Below, one piece after another: positions 1-8,386 of a DNA stretch of 64,000 nt. Position 1 is the stretch's first letter. The number at the start of each line of letters is the position of its first letter. The DNA is taken from the sequence record OW967251.1; one strand, given 5' to 3'. The notes beneath the pieces are model-generated. The model saw only the letters and a program-made list of their open reading frames with translations. It did not search any database and was not told the origin of the DNA. The stretch is from a plasmid. The position numbers were made by a program, and so were the translations under genes.

Positions 1-160
1 GGACGATCTCTTTTGAAAACGATAGTCCCGAATGCCTCTATGAATTCGAGAGACTGCTGAATGATTACGCTTTGCGAGAAAAGCTACAGCATAAAACAGG
101 GGCGTTGAGAGATTCTATTGTCCATAAAGTGCTTCGCAGCGTAGATGAAAGGCTTTCGTA
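1..160 (+). CDS. 3' end of an upstream ORF (possible HxsD-like partner of the His-Xaa-Ser system); 5' end lies outside the window
   Basis: Frame 3 is open from the window edge to a TAA at 158-160, immediately abutting the hxsB ATG at 161 (..TAATGG..). Calling it HxsD rests only on the TIGRFAM description of the hxs cluster, not on recognised motifs. Confidence 0.3.
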
Positions 161-1549
161 ATGGAATTGATGCCATTCAATTTTGACAGATTGCCTAATG
201 GACGGGTTTTTATAAGCAACCTCGCAGGCTTTCATCACTTCATTAATGAGCAAGAGCTGCTTGATCTTTCTGATGAGCAAATCAGTGCGGAGCAATCAAA
301 CCCACTAGAAAGCAAGCTGTTCATAACCAACGAAAGCTCATCAGCTATTGCTCCCTATGCTTTAAGTTCTGCTTTTGCAAAAAGATTGATGAATGAACTG
401 GCGATCAGGCCAATTTTCATGATTGTGTCCACATTGCGTTGCGACCATACCTGCAAGTATTGTCAGGTCAGTAGAGCTTCAGTGAACGCCTCTGGTTATG
501 ATCTAGATCCCGATCTCATCCCTCATATCATTTCGACTATCAAAAAACTATCGATACCACCTTACAAGATAGAGATACAGGGTGGAGAGCCACTCTTGCG
601 GTTCGATTTAATTCAGTCTATCTATGAGCAATGTACTGAAACGTTGGGAAGCTCCGATTTTGAGATGGTGATAGCATCAAGCCTGTCTGTCTTGAATGAG
701 GATATGCTTCAATGGTCGAGAGGCAGGAACATAACGTTCTCTGTTTCGCTTGATGGTGAGGAGGTTGTTCACAACAGTAATCGAATTCTTGGTCATGGGC
801 TTGCTTACAGTAGAACAGTATCAGGAGTAGAGGCTATCAAACGGTCTTTAGGCGCTGGTCGCGTTGCAACGGTTACTACAGTTACTAAAGATCTTATCAG
901 GCATCCTGAATCGATTGTCCAGGCTCACTTGTCTCTTGGCCTCAAGGACATGTTTATCCGACCTGTTAGTCCCTATGGGTTTGCACAAAAAGCATCGTTC
1001 ACATTTTCTATGGAGGAATACTTCAGTTTCTATGCCTCGTTGATAGATGAAATCCTTAAGATGAATAATGAAGGGATAAGGGTTGTGGAACATTCGGCCT
1101 CCATTCATCTGAAAAGGATCTTCAATCCCGGCTTTAGTGGTTATGCGGATTTAAAGTCGCCAAGCGGGGTCGTGCTTAACAGTATTCTTTTCAATTATGA
1201 CGGTCGAGTATATGGTAGCGATGAGAGCCGTATGTTGCAGAAGGTGAACCCTGAAACGGAGTTCAGTGCGGGTGAGGTTAAAACGCTATCATTTTCTAAG
1301 AGTCCTTACTATAACGCAGTGTTGAGTTCATCGTTCAATTTTGCTCTGCCGGGTTGTGATACATGTGCATATCAACCATTTTGCGGTGCAGATCCATGCC
1401 AGAACATAAGTGTACAGGGTGAGCCTGTCGGTGATAGGAGTCGTTCAACGTTTTGTCAGTATCACAAGGGGATGTTCAGGTATCTGATGAACTGCATCTC
1501 AGAAGGTGGTCCGAAGGCTGAGATGCTAAAAGGATGGGCATATGTCTGA
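161..1549 (+). CDS. hxsB: Radical SAM/SPASM-domain maturase, HxsB-like (His-Xaa-Ser system)
   Basis: 462 aa. A CxxxCxxC radical-SAM motif is present (C-DHT-C-KY-C). The C-terminal Cys-rich cluster (CDTCAYQPFCGADPC) is typical of SPASM/twitch auxiliary Fe-S domains. The gene overlaps hxsC by 8 nt, indicating translational coupling. Confidence 0.8.
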   Translation: MELMPFNFDRLPNGRVFISNLAGFHHFINEQELLDLSDEQISAEQSNPLESKLFITNESSSAIAPYALSSAFAKRLMNELAIRPIFMIVSTLRCDHTCKYCQVSRASVNASGYDLDPDLIPHIISTIKKLSIPPYKIEIQGGEPLLRFDLIQSIYEQCTETLGSSDFEMVIASSLSVLNEDMLQWSRGRNITFSVSLDGEEVVHNSNRILGHGLAYSRTVSGVEAIKRSLGAGRVATVTTVTKDLIRHPESIVQAHLSLGLKDMFIRPVSPYGFAQKASFTFSMEEYFSFYASLIDEILKMNNEGIRVVEHSASIHLKRIFNPGFSGYADLKSPSGVVLNSILFNYDGRVYGSDESRMLQKVNPETEFSAGEVKTLSFSKSPYYNAVLSSSFNFALPGCDTCAYQPFCGADPCQNISVQGEPVGDRSRSTFCQYHKGMFRYLMNCISEGGPKAEMLKGWAYV

Positions 1550-2654
1550 GGTTATTAGGAACGATATCTTTCATTTTGCTTCAAAAAAGAATGTGCCCAC
1601 GGGGTTCTATCGGTTATGCAAACAAAAACCAATGAACCCTTTATTCTTTTTACCCAATTTACTGGTAGTTGCTGAAGGCAATAATGATGCCATTCAACCA
1701 TGCTTTGATTTCTCTGTTATTAGCACTGAATTATATGAGTCAATTGAAGATGGAGATATTGGGATAATCAACAATGGCAATATGATACGCGTAATTCTGT
1801 CCCGCAGAGCCAATCATAATACTGTCTTAGTAACGGAACGCTGCAATAACTTGTGTCTGTTTTGTTCGCAGCCACCTAAGAAATCAAATGATGACTGGCT
1901 ACTTACCCAATCAGCTCTTGCTATAGCTTCATTTGGTTTGGATGGAGTTGTTGGGGTCAGCGGTGGAGAACCTTTGCTGTATGGAGATGATTTCCTTCAC
2001 TTCATTGATTTTATCATCGAGAATTCACCAGATACTGCTTTGCATGTTTTAACAAACGGACGCAAATTTTCTGATATCAACTTTACTCAGGAAATGGCAA
2101 AGCGAAGCAAAAAGATAAAAATCACCTTTGGTATCCCGCTCTACTCATCAAGACCACTTGTGCATGATCATCTGGTAGGGAATGATGGCGCATTTAATGA
2201 AACGGTTAAGGGATTAATTAATGCAGGAAACTCAGGGATTAATATCGAACTTAGAGTTATTCCGACACTGGCTAACTATACAGAATTGGATGATATTGTA
2301 GAGTTCGTTGGCCGTGTGTTCTCCAACATCAATCAGATTTCCCTTATGGGGCTGGAATCTATCGGTTGGGCACGAAAGAACTGGTCAACAATCTTCATTG
2401 AGCACAGCAGTTATAGTGAGAAAATAATCTCCGCCATAGACGCTGCGCACAGGTCAGGTATACCTCTAACAATTTTTAATTATCCTTTGTGTCATCTTCC
2501 CGAAAGAGCTTGGGAGCTTGCTGCTCAGTCGATCTCTGATTGGAAAAATTACTATCCTAAAGAATGTGATGAATGCACTCAGAAGTCTTCCTGTACTGGT
2601 TATTTCAGTTCCTCAACAGGCCGTTTTCATCAACCACCGAGACCAATTTTATGA
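1542..2654 (+). CDS. hxsC: Second radical SAM maturase, HxsC-like (His-Xaa-Ser system)
   Basis: 370 aa. A CxxxCxxC motif is present (C-NNL-C-LF-C), and GGEPLL mirrors the GGEPLL of the first enzyme. Its stop overlaps the ATG of the downstream precursor gene as ATGA. Confidence 0.8.
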   Translation: MSEVIRNDIFHFASKKNVPTGFYRLCKQKPMNPLFFLPNLLVVAEGNNDAIQPCFDFSVISTELYESIEDGDIGIINNGNMIRVILSRRANHNTVLVTERCNNLCLFCSQPPKKSNDDWLLTQSALAIASFGLDGVVGVSGGEPLLYGDDFLHFIDFIIENSPDTALHVLTNGRKFSDINFTQEMAKRSKKIKITFGIPLYSSRPLVHDHLVGNDGAFNETVKGLINAGNSGINIELRVIPTLANYTELDDIVEFVGRVFSNINQISLMGLESIGWARKNWSTIFIEHSSYSEKIISAIDAAHRSGIPLTIFNYPLCHLPERAWELAAQSISDWKNYYPKECDECTQKSSCTGYFSSSTGRFHQPPRPIL

Positions 2655-3286
2655 AAAAATTTAATTTTGCTGCTCTACTTCCGGGATTTTTGGCGCTCAA
2701 TAATTCTGTATGGGCAAGTGATTCATCCACCGGAGCAAGTGATTTGCCTGGTATGACCCTTAATGAACATGATTTAGTGATAGCCCCACTTAACACCGAA
2801 GTTCCATTCTACATTGCAGGGCATCGCAGTCATAGCTCCCATCGAAGCCATAGTTCTCACCGATCATCATCAGGTGGCGGGTACTATGGTGGCAGCACTC
2901 CTTATTATCCAAAAACATACAGCTCACCAAGCTCATCTGAGTCTTCAAGTTCAGGAACAAGTTCCTCATCGTCCTCTTCCTCTGTGCGTTCGCTTCGTTC
3001 TAACGACAATAACAACTCTACTACTACGAATTCTGTTGGAACTACAGAAGCTAACCGTGCAAGTAATGGGCTGACTTCTGGTACAGAGAAGCGTAAGCGC
3101 TTAATCATGCGGGTTCAATTCGCTTTGCTGGACAAAGGTTATTACAACGGGAATATTGACGGCATAATGGGGCCTTCCACAAGGCAGTCCATAAAAAATT
3201 ATCGCATTGCGAACGGACTACCAACACCTGCAACTGAAACGCTGGATACTCAATTATTGAACTCGTTAAATATTTTGGCTCGTTAA
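2651..3286 (+). CDS. hxsA: His-Xaa-Ser repeat precursor protein, HxsA-like; secreted, with a C-terminal peptidoglycan-binding domain
   Basis: The ATG at 2651 overlaps the hxsC stop. An N-terminal signal peptide is present (MKKFNFAALLPGFLALNNSVWA). The repeat HRSHSSHRSHSSHRS contains five H-x-S units. It is followed by Gly/Tyr- and Ser-rich low complexity, and the C-terminus matches a PG_binding_1-type motif (LLDKGYYNGNIDGIMGPSTRQSIKNYRIANGLPTPAT). Confidence 0.8.
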   Translation: MKKFNFAALLPGFLALNNSVWASDSSTGASDLPGMTLNEHDLVIAPLNTEVPFYIAGHRSHSSHRSHSSHRSSSGGGYYGGSTPYYPKTYSSPSSSESSSSGTSSSSSSSSVRSLRSNDNNNSTTTNSVGTTEANRASNGLTSGTEKRKRLIMRVQFALLDKGYYNGNIDGIMGPSTRQSIKNYRIANGLPTPATETLDTQLLNSLNILAR

Positions 3287-3394
3287 ATCTCAGTGGGGCA
3301 TAAAATGAAAAGTAATAAATTGCATTAGTCGCGTGCACACTATTGGTCACTAAGAGCAAGCAACGTCCGTGAACCACTCCCCATAAATTAAGAT

Positions 3395-3752
3395 ATTGCG
3401 ATGTTATCAATGTCCGCTTCTGGCACAAAGCAGACGTTAAGACTTACAGCATCGGGAAACTTCTGGATGCCGCGTCAGCGGCATGGAGGCGCCAGATGAG
3501 GTTACATGTGTCTGTGGCGTCAAATGGCGCCGAAAGCCCGGCGTAGCCGGTTACCGGGCTATAAATTCTGCCACCCTACCCCCTGCCCTGATTAGCCTTA
3601 ACCATCTAACAGCAATGAAGAAGTCAAAGTAATCCCTTTTAACCCCGGTGAGCGGGCTTTACGGCGTTTACGACGTAAAGGGCGTGATTTCCGGGGCCTA
3701 AGCGGCGGCAGCTTGCTGCTGACGCTTAGGGGGATGTTCTTCAGTTATTTGT
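3395..3752. repeat. Copy 1 of a ~340-360 bp non-coding segment that recurs at 41536-41895 at about 98% identity; truncated on its right by the IS66 insertion
   Basis: Direct comparison of the two stretches (gtccgcttctggcacaaagcagacgttaagacttacag ... gacgcttagggggatgttc) shows only a handful of mismatches. No ORF is present. GC-rich inverted repeats (ggcgtttacgacgtaaagggcg) suggest structured DNA or RNA. Confidence 0.7.
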
Positions 3753-3821
3753 AAGCGTACAGCGTGAACCGTCTGGTCATAATCTGAAGCATCCGACAAA
3801 GTGGTGTCCACCAAATAAGTA

Positions 3822-4220
3822 GTGGGAACCAAAGTGTCAGATATGCAGAAAAATATGACTCCCGGCAGGCGTAAAGGCTGCCCTAATTATTCTCCTGAGT
3901 TTAAACAGCAACTCGTTGCTGCCTCCTGCGAACCCGGGATATCCATCTCAAAACTGGCGCTTGAAAATGGCATTAATGCCAATCTGCTCTTTAAATGGCG
4001 CCAGCAGTGGCGCGAGGGAAAGCTGCTATTACCTTCCTCTGAGAGTCCTCAGTTACTTCCTGTGACTCTCGATGCCACCGCCGTACAACCAGAACCGCCC
4101 GCTGAGGACTCAGAGCTCAGCATCTGCTGTGAGGTAACGTTCCGGCACGGGACACTCCGCCTCAACGGCACTGTCAGCGAAAAGCTTCTGACTCTGCTGA
4201 TACAGGAACTGAAGCGATGA
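3822..4220 (+). CDS. tnpA: IS66 accessory protein TnpA (orf1)
   Basis: 132 aa first ORF of the IS66 unit. Its stop overlaps the tnpB start as ATGA. Confidence 0.7.
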   Translation: MGTKVSDMQKNMTPGRRKGCPNYSPEFKQQLVAASCEPGISISKLALENGINANLLFKWRQQWREGKLLLPSSESPQLLPVTLDATAVQPEPPAEDSELSICCEVTFRHGTLRLNGTVSEKLLTLLIQELKR

Positions 4221-4564
4221 TCCCGCTACCAACAGGCATCAAAATCTGGCTGGTTGCCGGTATTACCGATATGAGAAACGGCTTCAACGGGCTGGCTGCA
4301 AAAGTGCAGACGGCGCTGAAAGACGAACCGATGTCCGGCCATGTCTTCATCTTCCGGGGCCGCAGCGGCAGTCAGGTTAAACTTCTGTGGTCCACCGGCG
4401 ACGGGCTGTGCCTGCTGACCAAACGGCTGGAGCGCGGGCGCTTCGCCTGGCCGTCAGCTCGCGATGGCAAAGTGTTCCTGACCCCGGCGCAGCTGGCAAT
4501 GCTGCTGGAAGGCATCGACTGGCGACAGCCGAAGCGGTTGCTGACCTCCCTGACCATGCTGTAG
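4217..4564 (+). CDS. tnpB: IS66 Orf2/TnpB
   Basis: 115 aa. The conserved block IWLVAGITDMRNGFNGLAAKVQ...FIFRGRSGSQVKLLWSTGDGLCLLTKRLERGRFAWP is characteristic of IS66 TnpB. Confidence 0.85.
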   Translation: MIPLPTGIKIWLVAGITDMRNGFNGLAAKVQTALKDEPMSGHVFIFRGRSGSQVKLLWSTGDGLCLLTKRLERGRFAWPSARDGKVFLTPAQLAMLLEGIDWRQPKRLLTSLTML

Positions 4565-4613
4565 GCTTCTTTATCCTGGTTGTCGCAGAATAAGCCTGGT
4601 AAAATGCTGGCTT

Positions 4614-6151
4614 ATGAATGACATCTCTTCTGACGACATCCTTCTGCTGAAACAGCGCCTTGCCGAACAGGAAGCGCTGAACCGTGCCCTGCTGGAAAAG
4701 CTGGCAGACCGGGAGCGCGAAATAGACCATCTGCAGGCGCAGCTGGATAAACTTCGCCGGATGAACTTCGGCAGCCGTTCCGAAAAAGTCTCCCGCCGTA
4801 TCGCACAAATGGAAGCCGATCTGAACCGGCTTCAGAAAGAGAGCGATACGCTGACCGGTCGGGTGGATGACCCGGCAGTACAGCGCACTCTGCGTCAGAC
4901 CCGCACCCGCAAACCGTTCCCCGAATCACTCCCCCGCGATGAAAAACGCCTGCGGCCAGCGGGTTCCTGCTGCCCGGAGTGTGGTGGTGCGCTGAGTTAC
5001 CTGGGTGAGGATGCCGCTGAACAGCTGGAGCTGATGCGCAGCGCCTTCCGGGTGATCCGGACCGTACGGGAAAAACATGCCTGCACAAAATGTGATGCCA
5101 TCGTGCAGGCCCCCGCGCCTTCGCGCCCCATTGAGCGGGGTATCGCCGGACCGGGGCTGATGGCCCGCGTGCTGACCTCAAAGTATGCAGAGCACACACC
5201 GCTGTATCGTCAGTCTGAAATATACGGTCGCCAGGGCGTGGAACTGAGCCGTTCACTGCTGTCGGGCTGGGTGGATGCATGCTGCCGGCTGCTGTCCCCG
5301 CTGGAGGAGGCGCTTCAGGACTATGTCCTGACTGAAGGTAAACTCCATGCCGATGATACCCCGGTCCAGGTGCTGTTGCCGGGCAATAAGAAGACGAAGA
5401 CCGGGCGGTTGTGGACGTATGTTCGTGATGACCGCAACGCCGGGTCAGCGCTGGCACCGGCGGTGTGGTTCGCCTACAGCCCGACAGAAAAGGCATCCAT
5501 CCGCAGACCCATCTTGCGGGGTTCAGCGGTGTGCTACAGGCGGATGCGTACGCCGGGTTCAACGAGCTGTACCGCGATGGCCGGATAACGGAAGCCGCCT
5601 GCTGGGCTCACGCCCGCCGTAAAATCCACGATGTGCACGTTCGCACGCCGTCAGCCCTGACGGAGGAAGCCCTGAAGCGTATCGGCGAACTGTATGCCGT
5701 GGAGGCGGAAATAAGAGGAATGCTGGCGGAACAACGGCTTGCTGAACGTCAGCGGAAAACGAAACCGCTGCTTAGTACCCTGGAAAGCTGGTTGCGTGAA
5801 AAAATGAAAACGCTGTCGCGACACTCGGAGCTGGCAAAGGCGTTCACGTACACCCTGAACCAGTGGCCGGCCCTGACGTACTATGCAGAAAACGGCTGGG
5901 CCGAAGCCGATAATAACATCGCTGAAAATGCGCTGCGGATGGTCAGTCTGGGTCGTAAAAACTGGTTGTTCTTCGGCTCAGACCACGGTGGTGAGCGGGG
6001 AGCGTTGCTGTACAGTCTGATCGGGACGTGCAAACTGAACGGCGTGGATCCAGAAAGCTACCTTCGCCATGTCCTTGACGTCATAGCTGACTGGCCGGTC
6101 AACCGGGTCAGCGAGCTGCTACCCTGGCGCATCACACTGCCAACTGAATAA
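4614..6151 (+). pseudogene. tnpC: IS66 transposase TnpC, split into two overlapping frames (4614-5588 and 5465-6151); this is either a frameshift or programmed slippage
   Basis: The N-terminal leucine-zipper-like region and CxxC...CxxC zinc motif lie in frame A. The C-terminal DDE-like region (NNIAENALR...[11 protein letters not shown]) lies in frame B. The frames overlap by about 120 nt. Confidence 0.6.
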
Positions 6152-6188
6152 CACATCCCCGTCAATACGGTTCTCGCTGTACGCTTAC

Positions 6189-6603
6189 AAATCCCTGGAA
6201 AGCTGGCTGCGTGAAAAGATGAAAACCCTGTCGCGACACTCAGAACTGGCGAAAGCGATCGCATACGCCCTGAACCAGTGGCCGGCGCTGACGTACTATG
6301 CAGATGATGGCTGGGCTGAGGCGGACAATAACATCGCTGAAAATGCGCTGCGGATGGTCAGTCTGGGCCGCAAAAACTACCTGTTCTTCGGTTCGGATCA
6401 TGGAGGAGAGCGGGGAGCGCTGCTGTACAACCTGATCGGGACGTGCAAACTGAACGGAGTGGAGCCAGAAAGCTACCTCCGCTATGTCCTTGACGTCATA
6501 GCCGACTGGCCGATAAACCGGGTCGGCGAACTGCTCCCCTGGCGCGTAGCACTGCCGACTGAATAACACATCCCCGTCAATACGGTTCTTGCTGCACGCT
6601 TAC
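6189..6603 (+). mobile_element. Partial second IS66-family copy (tnpC 3' end plus right IR) abutting the complete element; it is divergent and not an exact duplicate
   Basis: ORF 6219-6566 encodes a tnpC C-terminal paralog (AIAYAL/DDGWAE versus AFTYTL/ENGWAE). The terminal gctgcacgcttac at 6591-6603 repeats the right-IR motif. Confidence 0.7.
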
Positions 6604-8039
6604 TTAAATTCTTTGATGTAAACAATATCATACTCAGGAAATAACAACGCCCAGTTCACCTTACGTTCAGAAAGCCGTTTTCTTCTGACCCCTTCGGCTG
6701 CACCGAGGGGGACAGTCGCTCAGGCATCCCCGGTAACTCTACCGGGCGTATTGCCATTCCTGAATGAGGATCGCTTTTTAACCCCCGCGATCCGATGGCC
6801 AGTATTTCACTATCCCGACAAACATGGCGGGTATCTCAGACGGCCGTCAGACCGCTAACTCACGTACCACCGGTGCCGCCATGGCCAACAGACTCCGAAC
6901 ATGCGTAAGAGTGGAGACACTGGAAAGCTGTGTTCATCCCATTTGCCTTGCCTGGAAATGAAGAAAACTACTTTACTTATTAAAATGTACGTTTGAAAAG
7001 TAGACTTCTGCGGTACACTCTGACGGTATCATTTACACGCATCGTGCCGGATGATTTCGGTCCGGACACAGCCTTGGACTAGAGTTCTCCTGGTCTCTAG
7101 CACAACCATAATCAGTGCTGGTACGTCAGCCTACTCAGAAAACCATGTTAGCCGGAAAACCGCCTTCTTTCCTCCCCGGCCTGAAGGACGAGGTTTCCCC
7201 AAGGCATCACGGTATCTGGTTGCATTATTTTCCACGGCCCCGGGTTGCTGTCTGTGCTGCGATGTTGCCGCCTTTCGCACTAAAAACTTTCACTATCACC
7301 TACTGACTGCCTATTCTGCCGAACAATACATTGCACAGCAATTTACGGTTAGTAGCGTCAAACCCGGGTCAGGATCTTAGGCGAAGGTGGGAAAAATACA
7401 GCTCAGCATTTCAGACGTTTTCCGCAGCGAGCCGTGCCGTCCGCAGTGGGACTACCCTGTGTTCATTGCTGTACCTGACCAACTCGGCCATGTAATCCCT
7501 TCCGGCTTTTTCAGCGAGATAAGACCTGCCGCATATAAAAAAGTTGGCTACATGCTACTGGTGAGCGTTCATTACAAACCCAGCTGGTTGAGTACAAAAA
7601 ACAGACAGCTAAATTTACATTTCTTGCCATGGCCTGCCGTCTGTGCTCCCACCTTTTTACCTTGTTCTGGGTCAATAAAAAAGAAAACATCTATGATGCA
7701 AATCACTACATTTACAAATTAGAATGCATCTTGTAAACAAAGACATACATAACTCTATTATGTGTCATCCAGCCTCTGTTCGGTGATACTGCCAGATCAC
7801 TTTGCGTTAAAACAGAGTCTTTTTTTTGGTGGCAAGACTTCGCTCAACTAGTCGTTCCGTCACAGAAGCGCATATAGTGTCGGAGGCCGCCCTGATTCCC
7901 GGAGGCGATATGAACAGAGTGTGTCTATGCATTCTTGTTCTAACTCTCTTTGGCTACCCTGTTGGTAGTCAAAGTGGTTGGTCTATATATGTCAGCCATA
8001 TCAATGTAAATATTTCTTTATAAATCAGATGGTAATAAA

Positions 8040-8073
8040 CAAAAAAACCACCTGCCAGGGTGGTTTTTTTGCG
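8040..8073. terminator. Bidirectional rho-independent terminator
   Basis: The hairpin aaaaaaaccacctgccagggtggtttttttgcg is a perfect stem with an A-run on one side and a T-run on the other. Confidence 0.6.
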
Positions 8074-8386
8074 TTTCCTCTTTCACATTAAAGAACTGGC
8101 AAGACTTCGCTCACGGCAAATTATGCTTTGTCCATCATAGACCCGCAACGGATTTATTAGCCAAAATGGCGTATTTTCTATGACAGGAATCAACAAAATC
8201 ACTCACCTGACTGTGCTAATCACCGACAGTGATCAGATGAAATAAAGGCTATTTGCATTTAGGGCATTTTAGACCGGCTCTATGTCCTGCTATGTGCTAA
8301 CTTTTCCAGTTTAATGGCCTCTCGTCGAGTTGTGTGGCAACAGTGTTGCCACCGGCGGAAATCCGCCGGTTTGAATGCTTTTTTGT

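Larger units (their letters stand above)
3751..6188 (+). mobile_element. IS66-family insertion sequence (tnpA-tnpB-tnpC) with about 22-bp imperfect terminal inverted repeats
   Basis: The left IR gtaagcgtacagcgtgaaccgt at 3751 matches the reverse complement of cgctgtacgcttac at 6175-6188. The three-ORF organisation is typical of IS66. Confidence 0.85.

Noticed and set aside
2573-2650. Upstream extension of the HxsA ORF overlapping the end of hxsC
   Set aside because: The Met at 2651 is immediately followed by a canonical signal peptide and overlaps the hxsC stop in an ATGA. The extension is read-through of the hxsC 3' end.
2880-3000. Ser/Gly-rich low-complexity DNA that might look like a tandem DNA repeat or CRISPR-like array
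   Set aside because: It is in frame within hxsA and encodes poly-Ser/Gly/Tyr linker sequence. It contains no regular spacer-repeat periodicity.
4612-5562. 316-aa minus-strand ORF antisense to IS66 tnpC
   Set aside because: It is an open frame on the opposite strand of a GC-rich gene and lies entirely inside a recognised CDS. It has no RBS or motif, so it is a typical spurious antisense ORF.
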